Shown: positions 62,790 to 64,000 of the stretch, piece by piece
Layout: each line of letters opens with the position of its first letter
Numbering within the stretch: the stretch's first letter is position 1
NCBI RefSeq assembly: GCF_009834535.1
Contig: NC_045697.1
Coordinates: 78,618,001 to 78,682,000, forward strand
Origin: Camelus ferus
Lineage: Eukaryota
Length of the DNA stretch: 64,000 nt
Reading direction: 5' to 3'
Notes under the pieces: generated by a model
Database searches by the model: none
What the model saw: the letters and a program-made list of their open reading frames with translations, nothing else
What the model was told of the DNA's origin: nothing
Program-made: the position numbers and the translations under genes

Positions 62790-63911
62790 GACAAATAAAT
62801 GACTATTTTTATTACATCAGTCTACACTACAAATTATTTTTGTATGTATAGTGCTGAGCTTACTGAATTTGTGTAATGATTTGGACCAAGAAAATGAATT
62901 AATGGAAGCATTTTTCATGTATACATATAGACACACAAAAAAGTCTGTTCCAATTTATTTAATTTTTACATTTTTGATGATGAAAAAATTTAAATAAATG
63001 GTTGTTTAGCCTGATTCTATTAAATAAACTGAATCAATTTCAAAGATTTATGGGGGGGTTCTTTTTTCAACACTCACATGGGTAGAAGTACATTTTTGGT
63101 TGCGCTAAAGTTAAAGGACAACTCTCCCAGCAACACTGAATTTATGCAAAAGCCGAATATTTATTTGGTTCAGCCAATGTTCAGTTGTGAGTTTTAAGGT
63201 GATCATAGTACTTGAATGGTATAGAGGAGAACAGTTATTCCAAATTGGGGGGAAAGAGGGAACTCCACAAGTCTTAGAAAATTTATGACAGAATCTGATC
63301 TTTCTTGTTTTCAAAACTGATGAGCTTTAAGCTACTCAGATCTGCCCCCTCAACCCTGTGCCATCAGTAAGACTACGGAGCTGCATCCCACACGCTATAT
63401 AGCATAATTCGATTTAATGCATTTCATAAACGTCATGCTACATTATAATGCAGCTTACACATTCAAAACAATTGTTGTGCATGCCCTTTAGGCTACAGCT
63501 TTTGTCACATTGTGTATTATATACAATCACTTGTAAATCCAGCAAAACACACAGGCAGAGAAATCAAAGCAAGAGGTAGAGCCTGTTTTAATGTGATTAT
63601 ATTGGCATCTGATATGATGGTGCTTTGGACCATATTGACATGAGTGAGGATTCTATGTAGCAACTGTTCAATACCATCCGTTGGACTTCTCTGATAGACC
63701 ACTTAACTATCTCAGCTTTTCCAGTGATCATCTCATTTATCTAGGATTATTGCACTGAATTTACTGTTTGGTTTTCTTCCAGAACTGAAATGTCAAGTCC
63801 AGTGTCATGTATGCAGTAGCTTTGTGCTGTGAGAGCTTCACAGATCCCCCAAAAGCTGCTAGCAGTTGATCTTTGGATAGAGCTAGAAATAAATAAATCC
63901 TCTTTAGCAGA
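62790..63911 (-). other. Candidate 3'UTR of an unidentified minus-strand gene
   Basis: Repeat-free sequence with ATTTATTTA elements on the minus strand (~63890, ~62993). AATAAA at 62813-62808 has TGTA motifs upstream and a T-rich tract downstream. Confidence 0.35.
62808..62813 (-). terminator. Candidate polyadenylation signal
   Basis: Minus-strand context: tttgtagtgtagactgatgtAATAAAaatagtcatttatttgtcatttt. Confidence 0.35.
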
Positions 63912-64000
63912 TCAATATTCATCCCATTTAATGCTTGATGTGAAACTTGTGGATTTGTGGTGGTAATGCTGATGTACAGCTAATCGTTGAAAACGGGCAT
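63912..64000 (-). CDS. Possible C-terminal coding end, truncated by the window edge (ARFQRLAVHQHYHHKSTSFTSSIKWDEY*)
   Basis: Longest of the three minus frames open from the window edge (28 codons to TGA at 63914-63912), upstream of UTR-like sequence. Protein not recognised and the frame is short enough to be chance. Confidence 0.2.
   Translation of the reverse strand, partial: ARFQRLAVHQHYHHKSTSFTSSIKWDEY

Noticed and set aside
338..63702. The supplied 60-116 aa ORFs as protein-coding genes
   Set aside because: They are short and low-complexity, and many start at GTG/TTG. Those with recognisable motifs are L1 ORF2 (17339, 30012, 31150, 50983), antisense L1 (51157, 51480, 52196) or Tigger (20347) remnants.
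1..64000. Prokaryotic or viral systems (CRISPR arrays, operons, defence islands)
   Set aside because: The sequence is mammalian, with no regularly spaced repeat-spacer array and no gene-dense coding.

Overview
This is AT-rich, CpG-poor mammalian genomic DNA, not prokaryotic. It is most likely camelid (alpaca, llama or camel). That call rests on a short tRNA-derived SINE resembling camelid Vic-1 (17647-17735), camelid-type young L1 3' ends, and no recognisable Alu, B1/B2, Bov-tA, PRE-1 or Can-SINE copies. The window is almost entirely non-coding and is a mosaic of transposon fossils: L1 of several ages, L2, MIR, MaLR/ERVL LTRs, an ERVL pol fragment, hAT-Charlie MITEs (MER3, MER58A, MER5A) and a Tigger element. 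The supplied ORFs are chance frames or decayed L1/Tigger remnants. The last ~6.8 kb is repeat-poor. Its right end looks like the terminal exon/3'UTR of an unidentified minus-strand gene entering from beyond position 64000. I found no evidence for a novel multi-gene system. The most notable items are a well-preserved, CpG-retaining ancient L2 ORF2 fossil; an intact-looking solo LTR promoter; a MER3/MER58A chimera sharing one 8-bp TSD; several L1 structures (nested, 5'-inverted, internally deleted); and a few candidate orphan exons. Family names come from remembered consensus sequences, not from a database search, and boundaries of old repeats are approximate.
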